From positions 3,654-67,653 of the forward strand of contig CAZVIP010000001.1 of assembly GCA_964627085.1 (NCBI GenBank): DNA of 64,000 bases. Direction: 5' to 3'. A model generated the notes under the pieces. That model was not told the origin of the DNA. It worked only from the letters and a program-made list of their open reading frames with translations, and searched no databases. This document shows, in pieces, positions 31,040-41,059 of this stretch (the first letter of the stretch is position 1; every line of letters starts with the position of its first letter). The translations under genes and the position numbers were made by a program. Origin of the DNA: an uncultured Candidatus Saccharibacteria bacterium (lineage in GTDB: Bacteria > Patescibacteriota > Minisyncoccia > Phycocordibacterales > CAIZLB01).

Positions 31040-32140
31040 ATGTCAAAACCATTCAAAATCACAAAACAAGAACCAGTCAAAGACGTACATTGCGAAATTG
31101 ATGTTCATGTAGAAATTTCAGAAGAAGAACTTACAAAATTCCGCGCAGAAGCAATCAAGAGTTTGAGTGCCGCTGTCAAAATTGACGGTTTCCGAGAAGG
31201 AAAGGTTCCAGAGAAAATGATTGTCGACCGATTCGGTGAAATCGCAGTTCTCGAAGAAGCGGGTCAGCTCGCTCTTGAGAAACACTATGGCGATATCATT
31301 GTGGCCACAGAACTTAAGCCAATTGGTTCACCAAAGGTTCTTATTACAAAAGTTGCCCCAGGTGAGGCTTTTGGAGTAAAGATGAATTTCTCAGTTCTTC
31401 CAGAAGTAAAGATTGCTGACTACAAAAAATTCAGCAAGGACGCTTTTAACCTAGATGAAAAAGCTCAAAAAGAAGCATCAGCTAGACTTGAAGTTACTGA
31501 CAAGGAAATTGACGATGCAATCAAAAATCTCCAAGACCAAGTTTCACATCAGGAATGGCACGATGCTCATCCAGAAGATCACAGTCATGATCATGGAAAA
31601 AGCGAAGGCAAAGAAATTGAACTTCCTGAAGTTAATGAAGATTTCATCAAGAAATTCGGTGATTTCAAAACAGTTGAAGAATTCCGAGCAAAAATCGCAG
31701 ATGGTATGAAACAAGAAAAAGGTAGAAAAGAAGTTGAAAAAGCACGTCTTTCACTTATGGAGAAGCTTATTGAAAAATCTGATATCAAAGTCCCTCGCCT
31801 CATGATTGATTCAGAGCTCAATCGTATGCTCGCAGAAATGTCAGCACAGATTTCTGAGATGGGTATGAAACTTGAAGATTACCTAAAGCACATCCACAAA
31901 ACAGAAGATGATATTCGCAAGGAGTGGGAGAGTGATGCTGAAAAACGTGTTAAAACACAAATCATCATGACTGAAATTGCTGTTGCCGAAAAACTCGAAC
32001 CAGCAAAAGAAGCTATTGAAAAAGAAGTAAACACTCTCATGAGTATGTACAAAGACGCAGACCGCATGCGCGCAACAATCTATGTAGAACAATTCCTCAC
32101 AAATGACTTAGTGTGGAAATTCTTGGAGGCAGTGAAGTAA
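31040..32140 (+). CDS. tig: Trigger factor (PPIase domain reduced or replaced by a His-rich linker)
   Basis: IDGFREGKVP ribosome-binding signature; C-terminal helical domain. Confidence 0.92.
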   Translation: MSKPFKITKQEPVKDVHCEIDVHVEISEEELTKFRAEAIKSLSAAVKIDGFREGKVPEKMIVDRFGEIAVLEEAGQLALEKHYGDIIVATELKPIGSPKVLITKVAPGEAFGVKMNFSVLPEVKIADYKKFSKDAFNLDEKAQKEASARLEVTDKEIDDAIKNLQDQVSHQEWHDAHPEDHSHDHGKSEGKEIELPEVNEDFIKKFGDFKTVEEFRAKIADGMKQEKGRKEVEKARLSLMEKLIEKSDIKVPRLMIDSELNRMLAEMSAQISEMGMKLEDYLKHIHKTEDDIRKEWESDAEKRVKTQIIMTEIAVAEKLEPAKEAIEKEVNTLMSMYKDADRMRATIYVEQFLTNDLVWKFLEAVK

Positions 32141-32188
32141 TTGGATTAAAGCATTCAAGGTATACAGATATAAAGTTACACTTTAGAG

Positions 32189-32222
32189 AAAAGAGCACGA
32201 CCCTTCCGGGTTGTGCTCTTTT
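32189..32222. terminator. Bidirectional terminator, tig / cargo 1
   Basis: AAAAGAGCACGACCC / GGGTTGTGCTCTTTT hairpin. Confidence 0.75.
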
Positions 32223-32226
32223 TGCA

Positions 32227-32892
32227 TTAGCTTTGGTTAGTTGCGATTCCTGGGCTCGCTCCATATACCAAATAGCCGACCTCGTCCAGACCCCACGGAC
32301 TACTCCAATTTCCAAGTGGACTCACGAGCCCAATTCGATTTGGATACTTCGGATCAAACATTGGCACAGCCCATGTGCCGGAGGCTAACTTATGCAGTGA
32401 TCCAAGAGCAATTATCTTCCGTCCAGAATTCCGCACCACCTCTGACTCAGGGCTCTTCAAATATGCATACAGCATCTCAAAAGTTGCCAGCTTATATTTC
32501 ATTGACCTCAAGGTGTAATACCTTTGCTTCCGACTTCCATCTTCAAAAACAACCCACCACAATTCACGACCGTCGAGACCTGGATGAAACCCTCGTAAAA
32601 TATCATACGCGCTTTCATTAAAAATATAATCCATCGGTCCAACTGAGTCATACAAAGTATTTAGTGAATATAGTTCACCTACTTCAAATGATTTGACCTC
32701 AAGTGAGTCCAGTCGTCTGGGTAATTTCATCTTTCCAGGTATAAGCTTACCATCTTCAAGGAATCTATTTTTATTCACGACGTAAGTGATGTTTGTGACC
32801 GTTTCATCCACTTTGCGTGCATATGGCAACCAATCAGGATCACTGGCCACGATTTCAGCAAATTTAGGAATTAGTATTTTGGTTTTATTCAT
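32227..32892 (-). CDS. Hypothetical protein (cargo 1; ATFExL...IIALGS...VP family)
   Basis: Long ORF with ATG at 32892 after an A/C-rich leader; divergent from TrmB-1. Confidence 0.7.
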   Translation of the reverse strand: MNKTKILIPKFAEIVASDPDWLPYARKVDETVTNITYVVNKNRFLEDGKLIPGKMKLPRRLDSLEVKSFEVGELYSLNTLYDSVGPMDYIFNESAYDILRGFHPGLDGRELWWVVFEDGSRKQRYYTLRSMKYKLATFEMLYAYLKSPESEVVRNSGRKIIALGSLHKLASGTWAVPMFDPKYPNRIGLVSPLGNWSSPWGLDEVGYLVYGASPGIATNQS

Positions 32893-33114
32893 AGCATTTT
32901 TGTTTGTGTATTCTAAAGGAGCATCAAGGTGACAAGGGTAGCAAATGTCTATATGCAGCCATATTTTATTGATCTTTCGCAATCTACCCGGTGACAAGTT
33001 TTGTCAGGCTTTGATTGTGATAAATTAACACCTTTCTCCGAAAAAAATATAGGACGAACGCACACATACGTCAAAGTGTTGACACATATTGACAACATGT
33101 ATACCATATCAGTC

Positions 33115-33855
33115 ATGGAACTCCTAACGGAAAAAGAAAAACAAATACTGGCCTCTTTATACAAAAATGGCTCAAGTCCAATTAGTAAAATCGCTAAGGA
33201 TACCCTCATAAATAGAACAGCCCTCTATCACACCTTTGATCTATTAATTAAAAAAGGGTTAATCAACAAAAGCATTCGGGAGAACACTTCATACTTTGCA
33301 CCCCTACCACTACCTGAATTTAGAGAATGGCTCAAAAAGCAAAAAAGCCAACTAGAAAAAGAAACCGACTCACTAAGTCAGTGGTCAAAAAATGTTAAGC
33401 AAAACTCGGGCGACAACCTTCAGACCGAAATCAAATACTATTCGGGTATTGAGGGGATGGAATATCTATATGCGGATGGCCTCAGGGATAATCCAGGAAA
33501 AGAAATCCTAGCCATTACAGACTACGATAAAGCTTATACAGAATTTAAAGGCTTCTTTGAGAATGAATATTTCCCTACCCGCGTAAAAAAAGGTATCCAT
33601 GTAAAAAGCATCGTGTCCGAAGATTCACCAGCAGGTAAAAAAGATATATCGAGAAAACAAGATCTTCTACGTCAAATGAAATTTGCAAACATATTCAAAG
33701 ATTTAGGCATCGAGCTCAACATATACAATGACAAGGTCTCTATCATTTCTCTTGATAAAAAGAACCCGACCGGCATCATCCTTAAAAACAAAATCATAAA
33801 CAATGCCTTTAGAGAGATCTTTAATTTTATTTGGAAGAATTCAAAAAGTAGGTAA
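33115..33855 (+). CDS. TrmB-family transcriptional regulator 1 (wHTH + coiled coil + PLD-like sensor)
   Basis: LTEKE..L..G....IA....INRT.LY....L..KGL; YYSG..G; ELNIYNDKV; FNFIW. ATG 33115 lies 7 nt after TACCAT. Confidence 0.88.
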   Translation: MELLTEKEKQILASLYKNGSSPISKIAKDTLINRTALYHTFDLLIKKGLINKSIRENTSYFAPLPLPEFREWLKKQKSQLEKETDSLSQWSKNVKQNSGDNLQTEIKYYSGIEGMEYLYADGLRDNPGKEILAITDYDKAYTEFKGFFENEYFPTRVKKGIHVKSIVSEDSPAGKKDISRKQDLLRQMKFANIFKDLGIELNIYNDKVSIISLDKKNPTGIILKNKIINNAFREIFNFIWKNSKSR

Positions 33856-33888
33856 AAAGTAGGCAAATTTGCTCAATCCAGACGTTAT

Positions 33889-33920
33889 AATACCCGCCCA
33901 AATTGCTCGGGGCGGGTATT
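33889..33920. terminator. Intrinsic terminator
   Basis: AATACCCGCCC / GGGCGGGTATT inverted repeat between convergent genes. Confidence 0.7.
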
Positions 33921-33952
33921 TGATTTGTGTCGGTGCTGTTGCACCGATGATT

Positions 33953-34387
33953 TTAGCGCGCGAACCGGGCAAGCCGGTTGCGTCGGGCGTTTGCCTGGCG
34001 CGCGGTGTGGAAGGTGACAAACATCACACCAACAGCTAAAACGTCAAAGAGAAAGACGGTGCCTAACATTGCCTTGTGCACGATATTGGCATAACTGCCA
34101 TTACCATGCAGTTGGACTGACTTGCGAACCATCTCCCCGACACAGCCGGTGAAAAAAGTTGCAGCCAAGACTGAGAAGCATGTTAGGAGAAAGTCAACCT
34201 CCTGCCGATTGAACATCGGCACTTTCGGCTGACTTGCTTTCAACTCTGCCTCATAGACGGCGCGGTCTTCTGCTACTCGGCGAGCAATCTCTGCGGGAGA
34301 GAGAAACTTTACACGGATCTTGACGGTCTGCTTTTTAAGGGTGTCGCCTGAATTTTTTGGCCGTGATTGGTCATCGAACTGATTCAT
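33953..34387 (-). CDS. Hypothetical membrane protein (two TMs, GC-richer than neighbours)
   Basis: ORF with two hydrophobic segments; own TTGACA-16-TATAAT promoter near 34510-34537. Confidence 0.6.
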   Translation of the reverse strand: MNQFDDQSRPKNSGDTLKKQTVKIRVKFLSPAEIARRVAEDRAVYEAELKASQPKVPMFNRQEVDFLLTCFSVLAATFFTGCVGEMVRKSVQLHGNGSYANIVHKAMLGTVFLFDVLAVGVMFVTFHTARQANARRNRLARFAR

Positions 34388-34602
34388 GGGATTTTCTGGG
34401 TTGTGGCCTTTTGGGCCGGGTTGGTGGATTTGTTGTTGGTTCGCTACGTCCCACGGTGACAGTTTGTCAGAGTGATAGAAACGGTAAGATGGAAAGAATA
34501 TCCTTGTATATTATACTACTTTTGGTGGTTTTGTCAATGTTTTGTCCTCCCTTGTCCCCTTAAGACCTAGAATTACCTGCAATACCCGGCCAGAAGCCAG
34601 AC

Positions 34603-35619
34603 CTACTGCAAGATATTATAAATCCCATCATTGATTTTCTGTTCCTCACCAAAGGCTTGTTTTCGAGCTTCTTTGTAGAGCATATACATGGCTACAATTT
34701 GTGCATAGCTTTTGGCCTGCTGGACGAGTTGATCAGCGTATGTTTTCGCCATATCCCCTGTCATTTTTCCGAGGAGTTCATTTTGGGCCAAAGCGCCAAC
34801 ACCTATACTCACCGCACCCACAATTGCAGTTGTTGTCGCAGACACAATACTTCCAACTGCATCAGTTCCGAGATTGAGGATGAGTGCCTTTTTGAATGCT
34901 TCAGTTTTTGAGACTTCATTGAGCGCATTCATTTCTGTGACCACAATCAGGAACACATCGCGAGGCATAGCCTGGAGAGTCACGTGATCAAGGAAAATAA
35001 ACCAAGAGTATCTTGTCTTGATTCTTACATAGTATGAAAGCACCAAAATTACTGCGAGCAATACTACAAAATATCCGATGACTATAGGTAGCACCATATT
35101 TGAAGCGATACTAAATGATCCAATAATATTTACCGTACTCATAACTGGATCCAAAGATAATATAGTCGCACCTTTTGTAAATACAAAAATAATTGATGCA
35201 ATAAATAGCAAAACTAGAAGTTGAATGAGGAGCTGATATTTAAAAAACATTCTCACACGAAAATGTATCGTTTGCTTAAATAGCTTTTTTGAAATCTTTG
35301 AGCTCTGGTCTGGAGTGAGCTCTCTTTTATCAAAAAATGAATCAATCCAAATATTTTTCTCTGTCTCAAACACAAATGTAAAAAACCAAGAATAAATTAG
35401 AGCGAAAATAACATAGGTCACCGCAACATAGATATACGGCGCAGAGAGTAAGAGTGAAGTAAAAGCTTCTTTGCCCATAGCCTGTACACCCAAATACCCA
35501 ATACCGATTGCAAGTAGTGCTGGCCAGACAATAATAAAAGTCCTCCACATCAATGTCTTTTTTCGCAAATTAAGTTGCGCACCAATGGTCGAGATAATCT
35601 CTTTATATGTTGTATTCAT
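34603..35619 (-). CDS. Hypothetical multi-pass membrane protein
   Basis: 338-aa ORF with at least four hydrophobic segments. Confidence 0.7.
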   Translation of the reverse strand: MNTTYKEIISTIGAQLNLRKKTLMWRTFIIVWPALLAIGIGYLGVQAMGKEAFTSLLLSAPYIYVAVTYVIFALIYSWFFTFVFETEKNIWIDSFFDKRELTPDQSSKISKKLFKQTIHFRVRMFFKYQLLIQLLVLLFIASIIFVFTKGATILSLDPVMSTVNIIGSFSIASNMVLPIVIGYFVVLLAVILVLSYYVRIKTRYSWFIFLDHVTLQAMPRDVFLIVVTEMNALNEVSKTEAFKKALILNLGTDAVGSIVSATTTAIVGAVSIGVGALAQNELLGKMTGDMAKTYADQLVQQAKSYAQIVAMYMLYKEARKQAFGEEQKINDGIYNILQ

Positions 35620-35826
35620 GCATTAAATTATCTCGTGAAATTGTGCGGGGTGCAAATGTTAAAACCCTCCTACACCATTTCTGATGCGGGAGGGGTCTTT
35701 GAGTTTATGGATAACTCAATCTTCAAATCTGGCTTTAATACCTGATCTTTAGAAACCTGTGGAGATACCACTATGTGGTGTAACGAGACACCTTGTTGGA
35801 ACAATTAATGTTGAATCAATTGCTTG

Positions 35827-36852
35827 TTACTTTTTCTTGCCAAGGAACTTGGGCCACCCTGGGAAGTTAGCATAATATACGGCAGGTGCACTCGGAAGAC
35901 GCGGGTCTTCTTTGTATCTCTTCTTATATTCTTCCACCGTCCTAATTCCCAATGCAATCACAGCTTTCGATGCTTTTCGCCATGTTGCATAGTAATCCTT
36001 TTTGGTTCCTCCGAGAAATATAGGCCAGCCGGGCCAATCTAAGGGGTAGACAAGATGGGGATTACTTGGAAGACGCGGATCTTCTGTGTACCGTTTAATA
36101 TAATCAATTTTACCTTCAATCCCTTTGGCAATCGCAGCTTTGCTTGCTTCTTCACATGTGCCATAGAAGCTCTTTGTCAAACCTCCAAAGAACACAGTGT
36201 AGCCTGGCCAGTCAGAGTAGTAGACATCAGGAGTGCTTGGAAGACGAGGATCTTCTTTGCACCTATTTTTATATTCTCTCATACTTTCAATCCCTTTTGC
36301 TACCACAGCTTTCGAAGCTTCTTGCCATGTTCCATAGAAATCTTTTTTGGACCCACCAAAGAACACAGTATAGCCAGGAAAGTCTGAGTAGTAGGTATGG
36401 GGAGTACTTGGAAGACGAGGATCTTCTTTGCACCTTGAAGTATATTCTTTACAATTCCTGATCCCTGATGCAATCACTGCTTTCGAAGCTTCTTGCCATG
36501 TTCCATAGAAGCTTTTTGCAGAGCCTCCGAGAAATACACGCCAGCAAGGAAAATCTGAGTAGTACCTATCAGGTGCACTTGGAAGACGCGGATCTTCTGT
36601 GTACCGTTTAATATAATCTATTTTACCTTCAATCCCTTTAGCAATCGCGGCTTTGCTTGCTTCTGCACAGGTCTCATAGAAATTCTTCGCAGAACCCCCG
36701 AGAAACACCGTATAGCCTGGGAAGTCAGTATAATAAACATGAGGCGCACTCGGAAGACGAGAATCTTCTCTGTGTCTAGACCTATAGTCTCTCAGATTTT
36801 CAATTCCCATCGCAATCGCCGCCTCACTCGCTTCTGCACAAGTACCATAGAA
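35827..36852 (-). repeat. Six tandem 171-174-bp coding repeats ('integrase repeat'-like helical units)
   Basis: Units begin (minus strand) at 36852, 36681, 36510, 36339, 36168 and 35994. Confidence 0.95.
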
Positions 36853-38157
36853 GTTCTTCTTCAAAGAAGCGTAGAACTCGATGAGCTCCAGCGCCTCTTT
36901 TTCAAAAGTATACGTGATACCCTCGAACTTAATTACGAGAGTTTTCTTATGCTGAATTTTCTGTGAACTACTAAGTGCAGCACCAAAGGTTTGAAACAAG
37001 CTATCTAGCTTTTGCCTATTATGAGCAAAGTCCAGAACAGTGAGTTTCTTTTTACCCTTAGTAGCCAAACGAAGTCCACGACCTACTTGCTGAATCCAGG
37101 CATTTTTGAATCCATGGGCACGTAAGAGCACAACAAGATCAACGGCCGGAATATCAACCCCTTCGTTAAGTGCGTCAACCGCGGCGATATACCGAAGCTG
37201 ACCAGACTTAAATGCTTCAAGAGTTTCTTCATTCCGTTTCCTTATCCTACTCATACTTTTCGTCCCATCGGTTGAACCCGAGTGAAGCGCTTTGCAGCTA
37301 GGCATGAGTTCCGCAATCAGGTTCGCATGGGCAATATTTCTGCAGAATACCAAACCGTGTGTGCATGTATGCTCGAGGATTTTGTTGACAAACTCTTGCT
37401 CCTGCTCTCTGACCAAGACTTCATGTTTTATTTCATCTGGATCATGTTGACTCCTGACGCGGTCTTTCTCCGCCTCTATCTTTCCTTTGAGAGCGTCATC
37501 AAATGTGCCCCCAACAAAATGATAGTCAACATGAGGGAACAACCCTCTTTTGAGTGCGGTTTCACCATCGAGCAGATACGACTCTTCACCAAAGAGGTCT
37601 TTGATGTTGCGACGATCTGCTCTATCTGGAGTTGCAGTCATGCCAAGTTTATATGCCACAAAATGCTCGAGGGTTGGTCTATAGGTATCCGCTTGGCTCC
37701 AATGGGATTCATCCACTGTCACCACGTCGAAATACTTTTTATCCCATCGATACAAGTTTTTACCCATGGTCTGCCATGTAGCAAAGACAAACCGAGCTTG
37801 GTGTGCCTTCTTCTTTGAACTCTGTCCATTATACGAGGCCATGGAAACGGTATTGCCAAAGAAAGCTTTAAACGCCTTCATTGCCTGCACCAGGATGTAG
37901 TTGTTGTGCACGAGGAATAGCACTCTACCCGTCTCACCTTTTGACAGATAATCCAGTAGTGCCTGAACAATATGCATGGATGTAATGGTCTTTCCGAGGC
38001 CTGTGCCCATAACTAGCAAGGCCTGGTGTTTCTTGATTAGATCACTTAAGCAGGCTTCTACGGCCTCTGTTTGGTATGGACGTAGTGTGATTTTATTTTT
38101 TGGATTTGTTTGTTTTGCTAGTTTCGGTGTTTTTGTTGATTTTGTTGTTTTTTTCAT
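35827..38157 (-). CDS. SF2 (ResIII/Irc3-like) DExH helicase with six C-terminal ~57-aa tandem repeats (cargo 2)
   Basis: LRPYQ, GTGLGKT, DESH, TATP, EGVDIP, QQVGRGLR; repeats of FYxTxxEASxAxIAxGI...Y..R..EDPRLPSxP..YY.DFPG..VF.G. Confidence 0.9.
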   Translation of the reverse strand: MKKTTKSTKTPKLAKQTNPKNKITLRPYQTEAVEACLSDLIKKHQALLVMGTGLGKTITSMHIVQALLDYLSKGETGRVLFLVHNNYILVQAMKAFKAFFGNTVSMASYNGQSSKKKAHQARFVFATWQTMGKNLYRWDKKYFDVVTVDESHWSQADTYRPTLEHFVAYKLGMTATPDRADRRNIKDLFGEESYLLDGETALKRGLFPHVDYHFVGGTFDDALKGKIEAEKDRVRSQHDPDEIKHEVLVREQEQEFVNKILEHTCTHGLVFCRNIAHANLIAELMPSCKALHSGSTDGTKSMSRIRKRNEETLEAFKSGQLRYIAAVDALNEGVDIPAVDLVVLLRAHGFKNAWIQQVGRGLRLATKGKKKLTVLDFAHNRQKLDSLFQTFGAALSSSQKIQHKKTLVIKFEGITYTFEKEALELIEFYASLKKNFYGTCAEASEAAIAMGIENLRDYRSRHREDSRLPSAPHVYYTDFPGYTVFLGGSAKNFYETCAEASKAAIAKGIEGKIDYIKRYTEDPRLPSAPDRYYSDFPCWRVFLGGSAKSFYGTWQEASKAVIASGIRNCKEYTSRCKEDPRLPSTPHTYYSDFPGYTVFFGGSKKDFYGTWQEASKAVVAKGIESMREYKNRCKEDPRLPSTPDVYYSDWPGYTVFFGGLTKSFYGTCEEASKAAIAKGIEGKIDYIKRYTEDPRLPSNPHLVYPLDWPGWPIFLGGTKKDYYATWRKASKAVIALGIRTVEEYKKRYKEDPRLPSAPAVYYANFPGWPKFLGKKK

Positions 38158-38461
38158 ACTGATTTTCTAGGTTTCTGAGTTTTTGTTGTTTCTGGTTAGA
38201 CACGAAGCAGTTCAATGTCAAAGAACTTTGCCTCCTTTTATTCAATTGGTACCAACCAACTGAATTTAGAGACAACAATAGAATAACTGTGTCAATAGTA
38301 TATTCAAACATCATAAATGCTGTTTTGCATTCAGGGACTATATATAAGGCTATTGCGGATATCTTTATTTTTGTCAAAAATATTGACTAAATTTAGATTG
38401 AGTATAAAATAGGGTAAAAGGCGCAAAAACACGGAAATTTGATCAAAAATTCACCTAGAAT

Positions 38462-39211
38462 ATGCAAACAACATCAAAACCACTGGAACAAACCCTTAAA
38501 AATATAGGTTTTGAGGATAAAGAGGCGAAAATATACCTCGCCCTACTTCAACTTGGACCTAGTGATGCAAAGGCAATTAGTGGAAAGTCAGGAATCAAAA
38601 AACCAACCACATATGTCATTTTGGAGAGTCTACGTCAGAAAAATGCGGTGCTCTTTCTCCCTAATGCCAAAAAGAAATTATTTGCAGCCAAAAAACCTGA
38701 TGAAATATTTGAGGAAGCAAATAAGCGTATACATTCTGCATTTAGCCAACTCCCCCTTCTGAATGCACTCTCTCGAAACTCCAAGGAAAAAGCTATGGTC
38801 ACCTATTATGAAGGAAAGGCTGGCTACGCACAGGCTATGCAATATAAACAAGATGAGGTTATACGAATAGGTGAACTCCCTTGTTATTTTGCAGCTGCAT
38901 TTAATATTGACCCGGATATCCTGGTTGCTGTGGACAAATACATGAGTCACCTCAAGAAAAACAAAGTGCACTTACGTGGTTTTGCACCAGAACATGAAAC
39001 TATTCACTTTTATCAATCAAAAGATCCTGAATTCTTGAGCGATATCAAAATTCTTCCTTATGAGGTGTATAGCGGTAGATCATCAATTGAGATTAGCGAA
39101 ACCTTTGTGAGATTCACTTTATTTGAAGAGCAGATGTTCGTAATCATAGACAACACTGAAATTGCAAAAATCATGAAGCAGATCTTCGAAATGAATTGGA
39201 GGGCGTATTAA
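38462..39211 (+). CDS. TrmB-family transcriptional regulator 2
   Basis: IGFEDKEAKIYLALLQLG...SGIKKPTTYVILESL; YYEGKAG; FEMNW. Confidence 0.9.
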   Translation: MQTTSKPLEQTLKNIGFEDKEAKIYLALLQLGPSDAKAISGKSGIKKPTTYVILESLRQKNAVLFLPNAKKKLFAAKKPDEIFEEANKRIHSAFSQLPLLNALSRNSKEKAMVTYYEGKAGYAQAMQYKQDEVIRIGELPCYFAAAFNIDPDILVAVDKYMSHLKKNKVHLRGFAPEHETIHFYQSKDPEFLSDIKILPYEVYSGRSSIEISETFVRFTLFEEQMFVIIDNTEIAKIMKQIFEMNWRAY

Positions 39212-39257
39212 ATAACCACACTTAGTATTCCAGATAAAACTGTAAAGTGTAAAAACT

Positions 39258-40016
39258 TTAAGCGAGCATACTCACTCCCACAATCGCCGCAGTCTCTGCT
39301 CTTAAAACAAATTGCCCGAGTGCAAGTGGTGTGATATTTTCTTTCATAAATAATTCAATCTCTTCATCTGTCCATCCGCCTTCTGGGCCTATAAATATTG
39401 CTTTGTTCTTTGTTTCTTTTAAATCTACTTTAATATTTTCATTTGAAATGTGACCGAAGAATACTGCATTATTTGTTTTCTTTGCGAGAACAATTGCATC
39501 TTTGAGTTCTATGATTTCACCAATGACAGGTATATCCATTCGTCCGCTCTGCTCACTTGCTTCTATTGCAAGTTTATTTAGACGCTCGAAATTAAGGCCT
39601 GACTTCACTGTTCGCTCTGTCATAACCGGGATAATTGATGTGACACCAAGTTCAGTTGCCTTTTCTACAACTAGATCAAAATTACTATTTTTAATAATTG
39701 CCATATAAAGTGTGGTGTGTGTTCGGGGTAAATTACCAAGCTCAGTTGAAGCCGCTCTGTCTTGTTCTACCCATGTAAGCACAGCACCTTTTTTGCGCTC
39801 AAGAGAAATAAATTCTGCAAGCCACTCTCCTATTTTTTCATTATAAATAAGCACCCTGTCGCCTTTGCTCATTCTAAAAATATCTCTCCACTGATGGATG
39901 AGTTGTTCTTCACGTCCATGTCCCTCACTATTAATACCTGTTGTTTCAAAGCCAATACGAAATTCAGCCCCAACCTCTGGTGAAAAATCCGCCAAATAAA
40001 ATCGATGTAGTCGCAT
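39258..40016 (-). CDS. rsmE: 16S rRNA m3U1498 methyltransferase RsmE
   Basis: VEKATELGV, EASEQSGR, IGPEGGW, LRAETAAI. Confidence 0.95.
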   Translation of the reverse strand: MRLHRFYLADFSPEVGAEFRIGFETTGINSEGHGREEQLIHQWRDIFRMSKGDRVLIYNEKIGEWLAEFISLERKKGAVLTWVEQDRAASTELGNLPRTHTTLYMAIIKNSNFDLVVEKATELGVTSIIPVMTERTVKSGLNFERLNKLAIEASEQSGRMDIPVIGEIIELKDAIVLAKKTNNAVFFGHISNENIKVDLKETKNKAIFIGPEGGWTDEEIELFMKENITPLALGQFVLRAETAAIVGVSMLA

Positions 40017-40068
40017 ATGTCACTATCATGCAGGATTTGGCGATGAATTGCAAAAGTTAATAACAAAT

Positions 40069-40866
40069 CTATTTATCCAGTTTTGCATTCCATGACAACT
40101 CAAAAATCATTTTCATTAGCCCGTGTATTGTTTTGTCTTCGATTATTACACCAGTGAAATTATCATCTTCGAGATTCACTATTGAGACCTTGTTCTCGCC
40201 GTATATTGTTATTTCTGCGTTATACGCAAAGATACCTGCTGGGACGAATTTCATCAATGGTATAATCGACTCCTTAAAACCGTCATAGTTTCGCGCGGTA
40301 AAACCCTTATCACTTTCTGTCTCTGGGACAATTGCTCTAGTTGCAATACCCATACGTTCTTTTTCTCTGCGATATTTTTTAAAAAAATTGTCGGGAAGGG
40401 CTTGCTCGAGCTTTGTCGCATTTGCCCAAGCGAGCATTTCATATGCAACTTCAACTTGAATATGATCTTCATATACATTGATAACCCCGTCTATTCCTTG
40501 ATAATAAGTTACTTTCGGCCTCTCTGTTTTATGCATCAAATCTTGAATAATCGGCAGGATGGTTTGTGCTTGATTGATTTCATCTTGAATAAGGGACAGC
40601 TTTGACTTTGTATACTTGAGTAGCTTGGACGGGTTCTCTAGCTGATAAAATAGTTTATTCTTTTTTTCCACCTCATTTACAACCCCCTTTACCGACATTT
40701 GGAGCAATAACGAATACACAGTACCCCTCTTAATGCCCGTGTATTCAGCAATCTTTGATGGAAAGGCCCCTCCAAGTTCCAATAAAGCCAGATAAATCAG
40801 TGATTCCTTCTCATTTAAACCAGATTTTTGAAGTTTTTTAAGCAGGATCTCATTCTTGATTTTCAT
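40069..40866 (-). CDS. TrmB-family transcriptional regulator 3
   Basis: GLNEKESLIYLALLELG...TGIKRGTVY; YYQGIDG; EITIYGENKV; FELSW. TTGACA-17-TATAAT lies 6 nt before ATG 40866. Confidence 0.9.
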   Translation of the reverse strand: MKIKNEILLKKLQKSGLNEKESLIYLALLELGGAFPSKIAEYTGIKRGTVYSLLLQMSVKGVVNEVEKKNKLFYQLENPSKLLKYTKSKLSLIQDEINQAQTILPIIQDLMHKTERPKVTYYQGIDGVINVYEDHIQVEVAYEMLAWANATKLEQALPDNFFKKYRREKERMGIATRAIVPETESDKGFTARNYDGFKESIIPLMKFVPAGIFAYNAEITIYGENKVSIVNLEDDNFTGVIIEDKTIHGLMKMIFELSWNAKLDK

Positions 40867-41059
40867 GATTAAATTATAATTTTTTAGGTTACTTTTGTCA
40901 ATTTGTTCTGACAAAAATATATTTATTCAATAATATTGTTTATATAAGCCATATTATGGATTCTTATTGATATTCTTGCACAATACTATTTACAATACTG
41001 TATATTTGTTGCAGAAAAGAACAAGCCGTTCTTTCCACAACCAAAAACCCAAAATCAGT

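Noticed and set aside
35827-36852. Helicase repeats as a CRISPR array or DGR template/variable repeat pair
   Set aside because: They are in-frame 171-bp coding units without unique spacers. Differences are not adenine-specific, and no RT or cas gene is in the window.
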